Source: Candidatus Babeliales bacterium (GTDB taxonomy: Bacteria; Patescibacteriota; Saccharimonadia; Saccharimonadales; UBA10212). From it: a stretch of 46,213 nt of DNA. A program made the translations under genes and the position numbers. Positions 44,004-46,213 of the stretch are shown here, in pieces. The notes beneath the pieces are model-generated. The model did no database searches. It was not told the DNA's origin and was given only the letters and a program-made list of their open reading frames with translations. The DNA lies in assembly GCA_035479215.1 (NCBI GenBank), contig DATIIZ010000030.1:1-46213 (forward strand). Reading direction: 5' to 3'. Each line of letters opens with the position of its first letter. The first letter of the stretch is position 1.

Positions 44004-44624
44004 ATGAAAAACGCATATAAACAAAAAAGGGAAGCCGGCTTCACAATTATCGAAGTCTTGATAGTACTGGCTATCGCTGCGCTTATCCTTTTAATAGTTT
44101 TCTTAGCTGTCCCAGCCTTACAGCGAAACGCGCGGAACACTCAACGTAAGAGTGATGCTGCAAACATTGGTTCGGCAATATCTAATTTCGAAGGAAATAA
44201 TAGCGGCGCTTTACCTACAGCTTACGGCTATTCTGACCAAGATCAAGTTACCATGCTACTACACTGTACAGGTGCTACCCCTGCAGTTACCGGGTCATAT
44301 CAAGCAGGTACTGACTTAGGCGCGCCAAACAAATTCGGCTGCTTAACTAGCAACAAAAATTTTGATTCTGCAAAATTGGGTTACTATAAGCCAGCAGATA
44401 CCAAGGTATTCTTTAATAATGCAGCACTTGGTGCATTAGGTCCATCAGCTCCAGGTAGTGAGTCCAATAGCAATATCAGTACTAACAGTCTCATAATCAA
44501 CTTAGGCTACACCTGTAATTCAACCAATACAGGAATTGGTTCAGCAAGTAGTCGCTCGGTCGCAATTCTATACGTCGCAGAGTCAAGTACCGGTGACGGT
44601 AATCTGCAATGCGTACAGTCTTAA
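44004..44624 (+). CDS. pilA: major type IV pilin
   Basis: Class III signal KREAG|FTIIEVLIVLAIAALILL with E at +5 and a C-terminal Cys pair. Confidence 0.85.
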   Translation: MKNAYKQKREAGFTIIEVLIVLAIAALILLIVFLAVPALQRNARNTQRKSDAANIGSAISNFEGNNSGALPTAYGYSDQDQVTMLLHCTGATPAVTGSYQAGTDLGAPNKFGCLTSNKNFDSAKLGYYKPADTKVFFNNAALGALGPSAPGSESNSNISTNSLIINLGYTCNSTNTGIGSASSRSVAILYVAESSTGDGNLQCVQS

Positions 44625-44647
44625 AATAGAAGCACTAAGACTAAAAA

Positions 44648-44676
44648 AGACGGCTTAAACAAGCCGTCTTTTTTTA
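44648..44676 (+). terminator. intrinsic terminator after the pilin gene
   Basis: AGACGGCTT-AAAC-AAGCCGTCT followed by TTTTTTT. Confidence 0.8.
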
Positions 44677-44686
44677 TGCTACGATA

Positions 44687-45508
44687 ATGCCAATGCTTAT
44701 TGCTATAACTCTGTTTATCATTGGTCTGGCTCTCGGCAGCTTTGTAAATGCACTAGTTTGGCGCCTACACGAGCAGAAAAAGGGCAAAACAGGGCTTTCG
44801 ATTCTGAACGGACGCTCCATCTGCCCCAATTGCAAGCATAAACTAGCTTGGTACCATCTTGTCCCAGTTATCAGCTGGTTGACACTAAGTGGCAAGTGTC
44901 GCTACTGCCAGAAATCAATCTCAAAGCAATACCCGATAGTTGAGATAATTAGCGGAGTCGTCTTTGCTGGAAGCTATTTTTTTTGGCCAGAAACAGTTAA
45001 TGCCAACGGCCAGTGGATATTGCTGGCCACCTGGCTGATATGCTCGGTTGGACTACTTGCATTAGCTGTCTATGACTTAAAATGGATGCTTCTACCCAAT
45101 AAAATTATCTATCCGACCCTGTTAGCAGCCTTTTCAGGCAGGCTAATATACTTATTATTCTTCGAATCGAATCCTGGTCACGCTGTTTTTTTATGGATAT
45201 TATCAATCCTAATATCTAGCGGAGTTTTTTATGCGCTTTATGTTATATCGAATGGTAAGTGGATAGGTTTTGGCGATGTACGCCTGGGCTTAATCACCGG
45301 AACACTCCTGGCCGATCCCCAGAAAGCCGTAGCGATGATTTTCATAGCTTCTCTCATCGGAACAATAATAATTATCCCTGGCCTGATTAAAAGAGATAAA
45401 AACCTGACCAGCCGTTTGCCCTTCGGGCCATTCCTAATCATTGCAACGGCTATTATGGTCATTTTTGGTGACTCCTTACTCAATTGGTATAAAGGCCTAA
45501 TTCTCTAA
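44687..45508 (+). CDS. pilD: prepilin peptidase / N-methyltransferase PilD (A24 family)
   Basis: CPNCKHKL...CRYCQKSI zinc motif, a multi-TM body and a GFGDVRLG catalytic Asp motif. TGcTACGAT at 44677-44685 suggests a leaderless start at the ATG at 44693. Confidence 0.88.
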   Translation: MPMLIAITLFIIGLALGSFVNALVWRLHEQKKGKTGLSILNGRSICPNCKHKLAWYHLVPVISWLTLSGKCRYCQKSISKQYPIVEIISGVVFAGSYFFWPETVNANGQWILLATWLICSVGLLALAVYDLKWMLLPNKIIYPTLLAAFSGRLIYLLFFESNPGHAVFLWILSILISSGVFYALYVISNGKWIGFGDVRLGLITGTLLADPQKAVAMIFIASLIGTIIIIPGLIKRDKNLTSRLPFGPFLIIATAIMVIFGDSLLNWYKGLIL

Positions 45509-45543
45509 AGGGTTAGACTAGTTAACTATCTCTATAAAGCTTA

Positions 45544-45552
45544 TGCTATACT
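45544..45552 (+). promoter_or_regulatory. extended -10 promoter (TGcTATACT) 7 nt from the ATG at 45560
   Basis: Motif seen directly. Confidence 0.5.
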
Positions 45553-45559
45553 GAGGGCT

Positions 45560-46213
45560 ATGCGGCGTGTGTCGGACGGATACACCATAATAGAGGTAAT
45601 TATCTTTTTAGGAATCACAATGTTTCTTCTAACCGCCACAATAGGTTTTTTAAACGGCAACGAAGGGCATAATCGGTTCTCTCAAAGCATGCGAGACATG
45701 CAATCGAAGATACAAGACTGGATTAACGACGTCCCAACCGGTTTTGCTGGGGGCCAAACCGATGCTTCAAGCTTAAACTGTCAGTTGCATGGCAGTGGAA
45801 ATAATGCCGAACCCAGGATTTTTGATAACGGCGGCGGGAATGATAAACCGAACTGTATTTTTCTGGGCAAGGTTATCCAATTTACGGATAGCAACACTAC
45901 TAATACCGGACAGGACTCTTTAGTTTATGCTTATACGGTATTTGGAATACGAACCTATACTCCCAGTGGACAAGAAGAAAGGCCTGTTGCTAGTCTTGAT
46001 GAAGCCAACCCTGTAGCTGCGGTTGGCAAACCGCCGTACTCAGGCACAGCAGACCTTACAGAGACATACCCAATATTCGGTGGAGCTAAGGTTAAGAAAA
46101 TAATCAAATCGAGCGGAGTCGCAGGTGAAGATAGCCACATAGCCGGCTTTTTCTTAAGCTTCAATGGGTTAAACGGAGCACTTAGTAGTGGTTCGTCAAG
46201 TGTTACAGCCTAC
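45560..46213 (+). CDS. minor pilin / pseudopilin-like protein, 5' partial (runs off the window end)
   Basis: MRRVSDG|YTIIEVIIFLGITMFLL prepilin signal. The frame stays open for 218 codons to the window edge. It is not in the ORF track because it has no stop. Confidence 0.7.
   Translation, partial: MRRVSDGYTIIEVIIFLGITMFLLTATIGFLNGNEGHNRFSQSMRDMQSKIQDWINDVPTGFAGGQTDASSLNCQLHGSGNNAEPRIFDNGGGNDKPNCIFLGKVIQFTDSNTTNTGQDSLVYAYTVFGIRTYTPSGQEERPVASLDEANPVAAVGKPPYSGTADLTETYPIFGGAKVKKIIKSSGVAGEDSHIAGFFLSFNGLNGALSSGSSSVTAY

Noticed and set aside
1-46213. CRISPR arrays, rRNA genes, IS elements or transposases
   Set aside because: I saw no regularly spaced repeats, no rRNA-like conserved stretches and no transposase or integrase-like ORFs on either strand.

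Overview
46.2-kb window from a moderately AT-rich, tightly packed bacterial genome using the standard genetic code (TGA is a stop). The gene content suggests a Patescibacteria/CPR, Saccharibacteria-like organism: a type IV pilus locus with no secretin, a PGI/PMI-type isomerase, and many TGnTAnnAT promoters sitting 6-9 nt from start codons. This lineage call is inference only. Housekeeping content includes a dnaG-rpoD operon extended by two more sigma-70 paralogs (one fused to a LuxR-type HTH), argS, msrB, and groES-groEL behind a CIRCE operator. It also includes a murE-like ligase, tsaD, valS, a MacB-like ABC pair, two tRNA-Ser genes, and a >13-kb pilus locus (pilMNO-pilB-pilT-pilC-pilin-pilD plus a minor pilin) preceded by a 1132-aa secreted protein. 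Three short, visibly GC-rich islands are embedded in this backbone at about 20.87-21.89 kb, 28.19-29.01 kb and 32.38-33.00 kb. Each carries orphan ORFs with GC-rich third codon positions, Shine-Dalgarno sites and GC hairpin terminators, and each is driven by AT-rich consensus-like promoters. The strongest finding is in island 2: an orphan 142-aa ORF is followed by about 280 nt of heavily structured non-coding sequence (UUCG- and GAAA-capped hairpins), which ends in a complete type III hammerhead ribozyme core at 28936-29007. The ribozyme lies just upstream of the next gene. Island 1 holds two orphan 115-116-aa ORFs behind near-duplicate promoter modules, inserted back-to-back with the groES promoter. 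I saw no rRNA, CRISPR array, transposase or integrase. All homology calls are motif recognition by eye; no database search was possible.
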